64,000 nucleotides of DNA from Plantactinospora sp. GCM10030261. GTDB lineage: Bacteria > Actinomycetota > Actinomycetes > Mycobacteriales > Micromonosporaceae. The stretch lies in NCBI RefSeq assembly GCF_042666615.1, contig NZ_JBHTDD010000005.1:80997-144996 (forward strand), written 5' to 3'. The notes under the pieces were generated by a model. That model did no database searches, was not told the origin of the DNA, and saw only the letters and a list, made by a program, of their open reading frames with translations. The position numbers and the translations under genes are program-made. This document shows, one piece after another, positions 49,667 through 58,032 of the stretch (the stretch's first letter is position 1; each line of letters starts with the position of its first letter).

Positions 49667-50316
49667 TCCGGGTCCTCATCGCTGACGACGAGCAGTTGGT
49701 CCGGACCGGGCTCCGGCTGATCCTGGAGGCCGACCCGGGGCTCGCGGTGGTCGGCGAGGCGGCGGACGGGGCCGAAGCCGTACGCCAGACCGGCCGGCTC
49801 CGCCCGGACGTGGTGCTGCTGGACGTACGCATGCCACAGACCGACGGGCTGACCGCCGCGACAGAGATCGGTGCCCTGCCGGACCCGCCGGCCGTCATCA
49901 TGCTGACCACCTTCGACCTGGACGAGTATGTCCACCGGACGCTGCGGGCCGGTGCCGTCGGGTTCCTGCTGAAGGACACGCCGCCGAAGGAACTGGCCAT
50001 CGCCGTCCGGACCGTGGCGGCCGGCAACGCCATGCTGGCGCCGACGGTCACCCGCCGGTTGATCAGTTCGTTCGCCGAACGCGGCCCGGTCAGGCACGAT
50101 GTCGCCCGTCGGCAACTCGACCGGCTCACCCCGCGGGAGCGGGCGGTGGTCCGTGAGGTGGGCCGCGGCCTCGCCAACGCGGAGATCGCCAGCCGGCTGA
50201 CCATGGGCGAAGCCACGGTCAAGGCGCACGTCAGCTCGGCCCTGGCCAAGCTCGACCTGACCAACCGCGTGCAGCTCGCACTACTCGTCCACGACGCCGA
50301 CCTGGGGGAGAACTGA
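49663..50316 (+). CDS. NarL/LuxR-family response regulator
   Basis: REC 'IRVLIADDEQLVRTGLRLIL...DVVLLDVRMP' plus a LuxR HTH 'LTPRERAVVREVGRGLANAEIASRLTMGEATVKAHVSSALAKL'. Confidence 0.9.
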   Translation: MIRVLIADDEQLVRTGLRLILEADPGLAVVGEAADGAEAVRQTGRLRPDVVLLDVRMPQTDGLTAATEIGALPDPPAVIMLTTFDLDEYVHRTLRAGAVGFLLKDTPPKELAIAVRTVAAGNAMLAPTVTRRLISSFAERGPVRHDVARRQLDRLTPRERAVVREVGRGLANAEIASRLTMGEATVKAHVSSALAKLDLTNRVQLALLVHDADLGEN

Positions 50317-50322
50317 CCGTCC

Positions 50323-51210
50323 TCAGACGGTTCCGGTGAGGTGGGGCTTGCCGGAGCGGGCGCTGTGCAGGGCGAACGACCAGCCGGCGTCGACCGCGTC
50401 CGCGCTGAACGCGACTGTGGACGGCAGCGGCAGCGGCAGTTTGAACGACACGTCCACCGTGTACGCGTCGGGCAGCCGCCCCTCCAGCGCCGCCAGGCAG
50501 CGGGCCTTGCTCCACATGCCATGCGCGATCGGGCGCGGGAAGCCGAGCAGCCGGGCGCCGAGTCGCGAGGTGTGGATCGGGTTGTGGTCGCCGGACACCT
50601 TCGCGTACTCCGGGCCGACTCGCGGCTCGACCCGCCAGTGCGCGGACGGGGCCGGCGGCGCCGGACGGTCGCCCCGGTCGCGCCGCTCGCCGCCGTTCGG
50701 GGTGCGCTCCTTGCTCAGATACGTCGACACGTCGCGCCACACCTCGACACCATCGACCGTGGCGGTGGCGATGACGTCGACCTGCCGTCCTCGCGGATGC
50801 GGGCGCAGGTCGGCGGCGCGGACCGACAGGTCGAGGCGGTCGCCCGCGTCGATCGGCTGGCGCACCGTGATCCGGTTGGTCAGGTGCACGAGGCCGACCA
50901 TGGGAAACGGGAAGTCCGGCGCCGTCATCAGTCGCAGGGTCAACGGGAAGGCCAGCACGTGCGGGTACGTCACCGGCAGCGTGTCGGTGAGCCGGAACCC
51001 GCAGACCCGGTCGTAGCGGGCCAGGTGGTCCCGGTCGACGGGCACGTCCCGCACGGTCAGTTCCACGTCGGGCAACTCGCCCGCGCGGCGGGCCCCGCCC
51101 AGCCCTGGAACCAGGGACAGCGCCGCCCGCCGGTAGAGCGGACCGGCGGCCGGCATCGCCGGCAACTCGACCACTGACATGTTCACGCCCCCAACAGGCT
51201 CTGCCCACAC
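50323..51210 (-). CDS. MaoC-like (R)-hydratase/dehydratase, HtdX-like double hot-dog
   Basis: Hot-dog fold motif 'YAKVSGDHNPIHTSRLGARLLGFPRPIAHGM'. It lies adjacent to a fabG4-like gene, as in mycobacterial Rv0241c-Rv0242c. Confidence 0.8.
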   Translation of the reverse strand: MWAEPVGGVNMSVVELPAMPAAGPLYRRAALSLVPGLGGARRAGELPDVELTVRDVPVDRDHLARYDRVCGFRLTDTLPVTYPHVLAFPLTLRLMTAPDFPFPMVGLVHLTNRITVRQPIDAGDRLDLSVRAADLRPHPRGRQVDVIATATVDGVEVWRDVSTYLSKERTPNGGERRDRGDRPAPPAPSAHWRVEPRVGPEYAKVSGDHNPIHTSRLGARLLGFPRPIAHGMWSKARCLAALEGRLPDAYTVDVSFKLPLPLPSTVAFSADAVDAGWSFALHSARSGKPHLTGTV

Positions 51211-52589
51211 ACCCGTACGACGTTGCCGGTGATCCCGCCGGAGGCGGGGCTGGCGAACCAGGCGATGGCCTCGGCGACGTCCACCGGCAGGCCACCCTGC
51301 GCCATGCTGTTCATCCGCCGGCCGGCCTCACGCAGCATGACCGGGATGCGGGCGGTCAGCCGGGTCTCGATGAAACCGGGCGCCACCGCGTTGACGGTGA
51401 TCTCGCGGGGGGCCAGGACCGGCGCCATGGCCTGGACCAGACCAATCACCCCGGCCTTGGAGGTGGCGTAGTTGGTCTGCCCACGGTTGCCCGCGATACC
51501 CGCGATCGACGACACGCCGATGAGCCGGCCGCCGGCGCGGATCAGGTCCCGGTCCAGCAGCACCTCGTTGATCCGCTCCTGGCTGGACAGGTTGACGTCG
51601 AGCACGGTGTCCCAGCGGGCCGGGTCCATCCGGCCGAGCGTCTTGTCCCGGGTGATGCCGGCGTTGTGCACCACGATGTCGAGCTGCCCGTGCCGGTCGG
51701 CGACGTGCCGGGCCAACCGAACCGGTGCGTCCGCGGCGGTCAGGTCGAGCTGCACCGCCTCACCGCCGATGCTGTTCACCACCCGCATCAGCTCGTCGCC
51801 GGCGGCCGGGATGTCCAGGGCGATGACCCGTGCCCCGTCCCGGGCGAGCACCTTCGCCAGTTCCGCGCCGATGCCCCGGGCCGCGCCGGTGACCAGCGCC
51901 ACCCGCCCCGACAGCGGCCGGACCCAGTCGTCCGGGGCGGTGGCCGCGCCAGCGCCGATCCGGATCACCTGCCCGGAGACGTACGCCGACCGGCCGGAGA
52001 GCAGGAACCGCAGGGTCGACTCCAGGCTCACCAGGGTGGCGGCGGCCGGCCCGTCCGCGGTCGTGGCGACATAGACGAGCTGGGCGGTGGTGCCGCGGCC
52101 GAACTCCTTACCGATGCTGCGGGTGAGGCCCTCCAGGGCCCGCTGTGCGGTGGCCGCCCGGGGTGAGTCGCACTCCTCCGGCGGGGTGCCGAGGACGATC
52201 ACCCGTCCACTCGGGCCGAGCGACCGGGCCAGCGGGTGGAAGAAGTCGTACAGGGCGCGCAGGCCGGTGGAGTCGGCGATCCCGGACGCGTCGAAGATCA
52301 GCGCGGCCGGGCGCTGGGAGCGCTCGCCGTCCGTCGGGCCGCTTGCCGGTTCCGCCGCCTGCCGCGACTCGGCGTCGGGCGGGCCCACCTCGACCCCGGC
52401 ACCGGTGAGGATCTCCTCGACGGCTTTGGCCAGCCGGCCCTCCGGCGCGGCACCCAGCAGCGCGGGACCGGGCAGCAGCGGGTCGCCGAGCCGGTAGCGG
52501 CGCAGCCGGGGAGGGTCGGGCAGGCCGAGCCGTTTGACCAGGGTCCGGCCCGGCGCGGTGTTGGCGAAGCTCGCGTACCGGTCGCTCAT
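51183..52589 (-). CDS. 3-oxoacyl-ACP reductase, FabG4-like (long form with N-terminal extra domain)
   Basis: 468 aa; the C-terminal SDR has 'VALVTGAARGIGAELA', 'NAGIT' and 'YATSKAG'; the N-terminal ~200-aa pseudo-SDR domain resembles Rv0242c. Confidence 0.85.
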   Translation of the reverse strand: MSDRYASFANTAPGRTLVKRLGLPDPPRLRRYRLGDPLLPGPALLGAAPEGRLAKAVEEILTGAGVEVGPPDAESRQAAEPASGPTDGERSQRPAALIFDASGIADSTGLRALYDFFHPLARSLGPSGRVIVLGTPPEECDSPRAATAQRALEGLTRSIGKEFGRGTTAQLVYVATTADGPAAATLVSLESTLRFLLSGRSAYVSGQVIRIGAGAATAPDDWVRPLSGRVALVTGAARGIGAELAKVLARDGARVIALDIPAAGDELMRVVNSIGGEAVQLDLTAADAPVRLARHVADRHGQLDIVVHNAGITRDKTLGRMDPARWDTVLDVNLSSQERINEVLLDRDLIRAGGRLIGVSSIAGIAGNRGQTNYATSKAGVIGLVQAMAPVLAPREITVNAVAPGFIETRLTARIPVMLREAGRRMNSMAQGGLPVDVAEAIAWFASPASGGITGNVVRVCGQSLLGA

Positions 52590-52650
52590 AGGCGTAGCCT
52601 ACTGGTGAGTAGGTTAGACGCAAGCCCCGAATCGCTGAAGGAGGCGTGCC

Positions 52651-53943
52651 GTGCAGGGTGTCCGTCGAGTCGTGGTCGTCGGAGGAAACCGGATCCCGTT
52701 CGCCCGGTCCAACGGCCGGTACGCCCGCGCGTCGAACCAGGACATGCTCACCGCCGCGCTGGACGGGCTGGTCGCCCGGTTCGGCCTGGCCGGTGAGCGG
52801 ATGGGCGAGGTGGTCGCCGGTGCCGTCCTGAAGCACTCCCGGGACTACAACCTGACCCGTGAGGTGGTGCTCGGTTCGCGGCTCGACCCGCACACTCCCG
52901 CGTACGACATCCAGCAGGCCTGCGGCACCGGCCTGGAGGCGGCCATCCTGGTCGCCAACAAGATCGCTCTGGGTCAGCTCGACGCCGGGATCGCCGGCGG
53001 CGTCGACACCACCTCGGACGCGCCGCTCGCGGTCAACGAGGACCTGCGCCAGGCGCTGCTGCGGATCAACTCCGCCCGTGGCCTCGGTGCCCGGCTGAAG
53101 GCCGCCACCGCGCTGCGTCCGCACCACCCGTTCCGGCCGGAGCTCCCGCGCAACGCCGAGCCGCGCACCGGACTGTCGATGGGCGAGCACGCGGCGATCA
53201 CCGCCCGGCGCTGGCACATCGACCGGGTCGCGCAGGACGAGCTGGCGCTCGCCTCGCACCAGCGACTCGCCGCCGCGTACGACCGGGGCTTCTTCGACGA
53301 CCTGCTCACCCCGTACCTCGGCCTGCAGCGTGACCAGAACCTGCGGCCGGACACCAGTCTGGAGAAGCTCGGCGCGCTCAAGCCGGTGTTCGGAGCCCGG
53401 GGTGCGGAAGCGGAGACCGCCACCCTGACCGCCGGCAACTCGTCGCCGCTCACCGACGGCGCCTCGACCGTGCTGCTGGCCACCGAGGAGTGGGCGCGGG
53501 CGCGTAGCCTGCCGGTGTTGGCCCGTTTCGTCGACGCGGAAACCGCCGCCGTCGACTTCGTGCACGGTGACGAAGGGCTGCTCATGGCACCCGTGTACGC
53601 GGTGCCCCGGCTGCTCGCGCGCAACGGGCTCACCCTCCAGGACTTCGACTTCTACGAGATCCACGAGGCGTTCGCCGGACAGGTGCTGGCCACCCTGGCC
53701 GCCTGGGAGTCCGCGGAGTTCTGCAAGGACCGGCTGGGACTGGACGCCCCACTCGGATCCATCGACCGGGCCAAGCTCAACGTCAACGGCTCGTCGCTGG
53801 CCGCCGGCCACCCGTTCGCCGCCACCGGGGGTCGGATCGTGGCAACCCTGGCGAAGCTGCTGGCGGAGAAGGGCAGCGGTCGCGGCCTGATCTCCATCTG
53901 CGCCGCCGGCGGCCAGGGCGTGGTAGCCATCCTGGACCGCTGA
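52651..53943 (+). CDS. Acetyl-CoA C-acyltransferase (thiolase, FadA2-like)
   Basis: Thiolase catalytic Cys region 'DIQQACGTGLEA' and C-terminal 'NVNGSSLAAGHPFAATGGR...ICAAGGQG'. Confidence 0.9.
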   Translation: MQGVRRVVVVGGNRIPFARSNGRYARASNQDMLTAALDGLVARFGLAGERMGEVVAGAVLKHSRDYNLTREVVLGSRLDPHTPAYDIQQACGTGLEAAILVANKIALGQLDAGIAGGVDTTSDAPLAVNEDLRQALLRINSARGLGARLKAATALRPHHPFRPELPRNAEPRTGLSMGEHAAITARRWHIDRVAQDELALASHQRLAAAYDRGFFDDLLTPYLGLQRDQNLRPDTSLEKLGALKPVFGARGAEAETATLTAGNSSPLTDGASTVLLATEEWARARSLPVLARFVDAETAAVDFVHGDEGLLMAPVYAVPRLLARNGLTLQDFDFYEIHEAFAGQVLATLAAWESAEFCKDRLGLDAPLGSIDRAKLNVNGSSLAAGHPFAATGGRIVATLAKLLAEKGSGRGLISICAAGGQGVVAILDR

Positions 53944-53963
53944 CCCCGGCGCGGGCACCACGG

Positions 53964-55394
53964 TTACCTTGCGCGCCACGCGGTGAGCAGGTCTGCGGCG
54001 TCGTAGGAGGCGGCGAGGCCGGTCGCGGTGCTTCCGTTCCGGCTGACCGCCACCAGCGGCAACGGTTCGTCGGTGAGCGAGGCGCGGTGCCCCTGGAGCG
54101 CGGCCAGATCGTGATTGTCGAACGGTGAGCGTTCCAACCACTTGATGGATCCGAGGAAGTGCACTTCCCTGGCGATCGGTTCCCGGTCCGCGCCAACGAT
54201 GTCGATTTCCACTGTGTTGGAGCGGTTCCAGTAACTGCCGACGGCGGGTGCCGCGGGCAGCGCTTCGTCCGGGAGCAGCCGGGCGAGCGACTCGCGGAGC
54301 AACGGCTCGATCGCCCTGCCCCGCCACGCCGTCCATCCCGTACGGATGCGTCGCACGGTGAGGTCGCCGCGCAACCGTTCGATCTCCGGCAGGTACGGGC
54401 CGATGAAGCGGAGCCAGAACCGCAGGTACGGATCGGTGACGCGGTATCGCCGATCCTTTGACGGCCGAGTCCACAGCGGCAACTCCGCGGCCACGATGCG
54501 CTTGGCGAGCAGCACGTCGAGGGAACGGGTGAGGCTGGTGTGGGCGATGCCGCCGGCGGCCCGGGCGATGTTGGTGAACGTGCGCTCGCCGGTGCCGATC
54601 GCGGACAACACCTCGCGCGCGTTCGCCGAGCCGGGAAACTCGGCAGCCAGCGACCGTTCCGCCGATACGAGCAGTGCGGACACGGGGTTGGTGAGTTGAT
54701 TCTCGAGGAACTTCCACAGGTCGTCACCTTGCCGCCATGCCGCGCAGTGCAGTGGCAGCCCGCCAGTGACCAGCGTCGCGTCGAACGCCTCAGCAGGGTT
54801 TAGCGCCAGCATCTCGGCGACCTCGGCCGGGTTGAGCGGGCCGAGCACCAACTCCTGGCCCCGCTGATGGAATGGACGGCCGTACGAACCCAGGGACTCC
54901 ATCATCGACAGGTCCGACCCGATCAACACGAGTAGTACCGGGCGTCGGCTCAACTCCCGATCCCAGGCGCGTTGCAGTACGCCCTCGAACGCGTCGACCC
55001 TGTCCATCAGGTACGGCACCTCGTCGATCACCACGATGCTCGGCTGATCGTCCGGCAGTATGCCGGCCAACTGACGGAAGGCCGCGCTCCAGTTGCCGGG
55101 CACCGCGTCCGTGAAAACGTCCCGGTCCGGCAACGAGGACATGCCGATCGCGTCCCGCAGCGCCGTCAGTTCCGCGTCGGCCGAGGCGCCGGCCGCGGTG
55201 AAGAACACCGACGGAGCGCCCGATCTGTCGACGAACTCCTCGACCAAGCTCGACTTGCCGATCCGTCGGCGACCCCGGATGAGCAGGCATTGTCCCGGTC
55301 GAGCCGACCCTGCTTGGGACGCCACCGTCCGGAACAGTTCGTCGAGCGTGTTGAGTTCTCGTTCCCGACCAACGAAATCGACCATGCCCACCAC
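53964..55394 (-). CDS. ATP-binding protein of the archaeal-type ATPase (PF01637) / DUF234 family
   Basis: 'FVGRERELNTLDELF...CLLIRGRRRIGKSSLVEEF' P-loop; 'IVVIDEVPYL' Walker B; C-terminal DUF234-like region. Confidence 0.75.
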   Translation of the reverse strand: MVGMVDFVGRERELNTLDELFRTVASQAGSARPGQCLLIRGRRRIGKSSLVEEFVDRSGAPSVFFTAAGASADAELTALRDAIGMSSLPDRDVFTDAVPGNWSAAFRQLAGILPDDQPSIVVIDEVPYLMDRVDAFEGVLQRAWDRELSRRPVLLVLIGSDLSMMESLGSYGRPFHQRGQELVLGPLNPAEVAEMLALNPAEAFDATLVTGGLPLHCAAWRQGDDLWKFLENQLTNPVSALLVSAERSLAAEFPGSANAREVLSAIGTGERTFTNIARAAGGIAHTSLTRSLDVLLAKRIVAAELPLWTRPSKDRRYRVTDPYLRFWLRFIGPYLPEIERLRGDLTVRRIRTGWTAWRGRAIEPLLRESLARLLPDEALPAAPAVGSYWNRSNTVEIDIVGADREPIAREVHFLGSIKWLERSPFDNHDLAALQGHRASLTDEPLPLVAVSRNGSTATGLAASYDAADLLTAWRAR

Positions 55395-55469
55395 CGCGTT
55401 GAGTGTCCGCGCAATGGTATCACTGGCGGTAGTATCACTGGCGGTAGTATCGCTGCCGGCAGTAAGGGT

Positions 55470-55988
55470 CTATTGGGGTCGCGGACGAAGGGACACGCCG
55501 GAGGCGGCCAGGACGCGGGCGACGAACTCCCGCTTGTCGGCCGTGTACGCCGCGACATCGTCGTGTTCGCCGGCCAGCCGCAGCTTGAGCGCCTGATATT
55601 CGTCACGGAGTCCGGCATCGGCCCGTAGTGCGTCGCGAAATGTCAAGCGCTCCCGCCACAGCGCGCTGCCCGGCTCGGTGAGGTGCAGGCCGTGGGTCGG
55701 AGTGCCGGACAGCGGCTTGTGGAACCAGTGCGCCTCGTCGGGCCGGTGCCGACCGTGCGCCCAGCCGAGCCCGGCCAGCACCGGAATGGCAGCTCGGGAC
55801 TCGGCGAGGTCCCGGACCCCGGCCATCATGTCGATGATCGGCTTGGCGGCCAATCCTGGGATCGAGGTCGAGCCGGTGTGGTGCACGCCCTCGATCAGCC
55901 AAGGTGCCAACGTCTCGGCCAGCGCGGCCCGCTCCGCCTCGAACCGGCGCGGCCACTCCGGGTCGTACGGGATCACGTTGATCGACAT
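55470..55988 (-). CDS. GrpB-family (UPF0157) protein
   Basis: 'YDPEWPRRFEAE...VHHTGSTSIPGLAAKPIIDMM'. The ATG at 55988 (MSINVIPYD) is the likely start; the ORF is open upstream to 56156. Confidence 0.8.
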   Translation of the reverse strand: MSINVIPYDPEWPRRFEAERAALAETLAPWLIEGVHHTGSTSIPGLAAKPIIDMMAGVRDLAESRAAIPVLAGLGWAHGRHRPDEAHWFHKPLSGTPTHGLHLTEPGSALWRERLTFRDALRADAGLRDEYQALKLRLAGEHDDVAAYTADKREFVARVLAASGVSLRPRPQ

Positions 55989-56026
55989 GCGGGTGAGTTT
56001 GCCAGAACCTTCTCTCCAATAACTGT

Positions 56027-56056
56027 TTGACAGTGGAACATCGATCCGGCTATGGT
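56027..56056 (+). promoter_or_regulatory. Candidate housekeeping-type promoter TTGACA-N18-TATGGT, giving a leaderless or short-leader arsR-like/MFS transcript
   Basis: The -35 TTGACA (56027-56032) and -10 TATGGT (56051-56056) are seen directly. The ATG of the downstream gene at 56064 is ~7 nt past the -10, as expected for a leaderless mRNA. Confidence 0.4.
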
Positions 56057-56063
56057 CCCCAAC

Positions 56064-56645
56064 ATGTCTTTGGGAGATGCGGACGAGGCGCCGGACGACG
56101 CGAGCGAGACGCCGGACGACGCCCATCGCACCGCCAACCTGCGGGCTCTCGCCCATCCCCTCCGGTTACGGATCCTCTCGCTGCTCACCAGCGGTGCCTT
56201 CACCGCCGCCGAGGTGGCGCGCGAACTGGACGTCACCCACGCCAACGCCAGCTATCACCTGCGGCAACTGCACGCGGTGGGGGTCGTCGAACTCGTCGGC
56301 GAGGAGCGCATCCGGGGCGGGGTGGCCAAGCGCTACCGCTACAACATCGAGCGCGATCTGTCCCGTCCGCCGCGACACCCCGGTGAGGGTGAGTCGACTG
56401 CCCTGGATCCGTTGATCTACACCGCCCACCTGACGGAACTGCGTCGCCGGATCGCCCTGGGCAGGCGTGCCATGGGCAACTATCTCGCCGACGGTGAGTT
56501 CTGGGTCGATCCCGATGTCTGGCGGGAGGTCCGCGACCAGATCGCTGATGCCGCCGCCCGGCTGCACCGGGCCGCCCAGCTCCCGCGTACCCCCGGCGCG
56601 ATCCACGTCAGCGCCAGCGTCGTCATGTTCCGGATGGAGGATTAG
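56064..56645 (+). CDS. ArsR-family winged-helix transcriptional regulator with acidic N-terminus
   Basis: 'LRALAHPLRLRILSLLTSGAFTAAEVARELDVTHANASYHLRQLHAVGVVEL'. Confidence 0.8.
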   Translation: MSLGDADEAPDDASETPDDAHRTANLRALAHPLRLRILSLLTSGAFTAAEVARELDVTHANASYHLRQLHAVGVVELVGEERIRGGVAKRYRYNIERDLSRPPRHPGEGESTALDPLIYTAHLTELRRRIALGRRAMGNYLADGEFWVDPDVWREVRDQIADAAARLHRAAQLPRTPGAIHVSASVVMFRMED

Positions 56646-57893
56646 ATGTTCGCGCCGTTGCGCTATGCCGCGTTCCGATATCTGGCCGTCGGTCGCCTGG
56701 TGAACATGCTGGGTAACGCGGTAGCGCCGGTCGCGCTGACCTTCGCCGTCCTCGACCTGACCGGCTCGGTACGCGATGTGGGTCTCGTCGTCGGCGCCCG
56801 ATCCCTGATGAACGTGGCGTTCGTGCTGTTCGGCGGGGTGGTCGCCGATCGGATTCCACGCCGCGTGGTGCTGGTCGGCTCCAACGTGCTCGGGGCGCTG
56901 ACCCAGGGGGCGGTGGCCGCTCTGGTGCTCACCGGTGACGCGACGATCCCGCTGCTGATGGCGCTCAGCGCGGCCAACGGCATCGTGAGCGCGCTCGCCC
57001 AGCCGGCATCCGCGGCTCTGACCCCGCAGACGGTGCCGCCGGAACTGATCCAGCCGGCGAGTGCGGTCGTCCGACTCGGCGTGAACGCGGGCATGATCGG
57101 TGGTACGGCACTCGGCGGTGTCCTGATCGCAGCCGTCGGACCGGGCTGGGGTCTGGCCGTTGACGCGTTCACCTTCGTCGTCGCGGCGGTGGCCTTCGCC
57201 GGCATTCGGGTGACGACGGCGACGACCCGGAAGGTCCGCACCGGCATCGTGGCGGACCTCCGGGAAGGCTGGACCGAGTTCGCCTCCCGGAGTTGGGTGT
57301 GGGTCGTTGTGCTCGGCTTCATGGTGTTGAACGCATCGTTCGTCGGCGGCGTGTACGTCCTCGGGGCGGCGGTCGCCGACGAGACCATCGGGCGCAGCGC
57401 CTGGGGTCTGGTGCTCGCGGCGGAGGCCACCGGGCTGGTGATCGGCGGTTTGATCGCCATGCGGATCCGGGTGCGGCGCCTGCTGCTGCTCGGCGTGGTG
57501 TGCACGATCGCCGAGACGTTCCTGCTGCTCGGCCTGGCACTGAAACCGACCATCCCGGTGTTGCTGACCGCCGCACTGGTGGTCGGGATCGCGATCGAGC
57601 AGTTCGCGGTGGCCTGGGAGACCTCGATGGCGCAGCACATCCCGAGCGACAAGCTGGCCCGCGTCTACTCGTACGACATGTTGGGCTCCTTCGTCGCCAT
57701 CCCGATCGGCCAGGTGTCCGTCGGCCCGGTCGCGGGGATGATCGGGACCCGCGACACGCTGCTGATCCTCGCGGGGCTGGTGGCGGTCGCGGTGGTCGGC
57801 ATGCTGGCCAGCCGGGACGTCCGCACGCTGGAGTCGGTGTCTCCCGGGCGCGCCGAGGCCGAGCCGGCCGACGCCTCCGTCGCGCCTGTGTGA
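56646..57893 (+). CDS. MFS transporter (12 TM)
   Basis: Starts immediately after the upstream stop (TAGATG); 'GGVVADRIPRRVVLVGS' MFS loop motif; 12 hydrophobic segments. Confidence 0.85.
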   Translation: MFAPLRYAAFRYLAVGRLVNMLGNAVAPVALTFAVLDLTGSVRDVGLVVGARSLMNVAFVLFGGVVADRIPRRVVLVGSNVLGALTQGAVAALVLTGDATIPLLMALSAANGIVSALAQPASAALTPQTVPPELIQPASAVVRLGVNAGMIGGTALGGVLIAAVGPGWGLAVDAFTFVVAAVAFAGIRVTTATTRKVRTGIVADLREGWTEFASRSWVWVVVLGFMVLNASFVGGVYVLGAAVADETIGRSAWGLVLAAEATGLVIGGLIAMRIRVRRLLLLGVVCTIAETFLLLGLALKPTIPVLLTAALVVGIAIEQFAVAWETSMAQHIPSDKLARVYSYDMLGSFVAIPIGQVSVGPVAGMIGTRDTLLILAGLVAVAVVGMLASRDVRTLESVSPGRAEAEPADASVAPV

Positions 57894-58032
57894 CCCGCGC
57901 GGACCCACCGGGAGCGGACGGGTCCGGGCCGTACCGTTCGTCGCCGTACCCGTTCGGCACCGTGCCCGCTGTCGTGACACACCCAGCCACTAGCCTGTCC
58001 GGACGAATCACAGTCGACCCGTAAGGCGTTCC

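Noticed and set aside
52108-54717. 869-aa minus-strand ORF across fabG4 5' region, fadA and the DUF234 ATPase
   Set aside because: It spans genes on both strands with strong motifs and has no domain signatures of its own.
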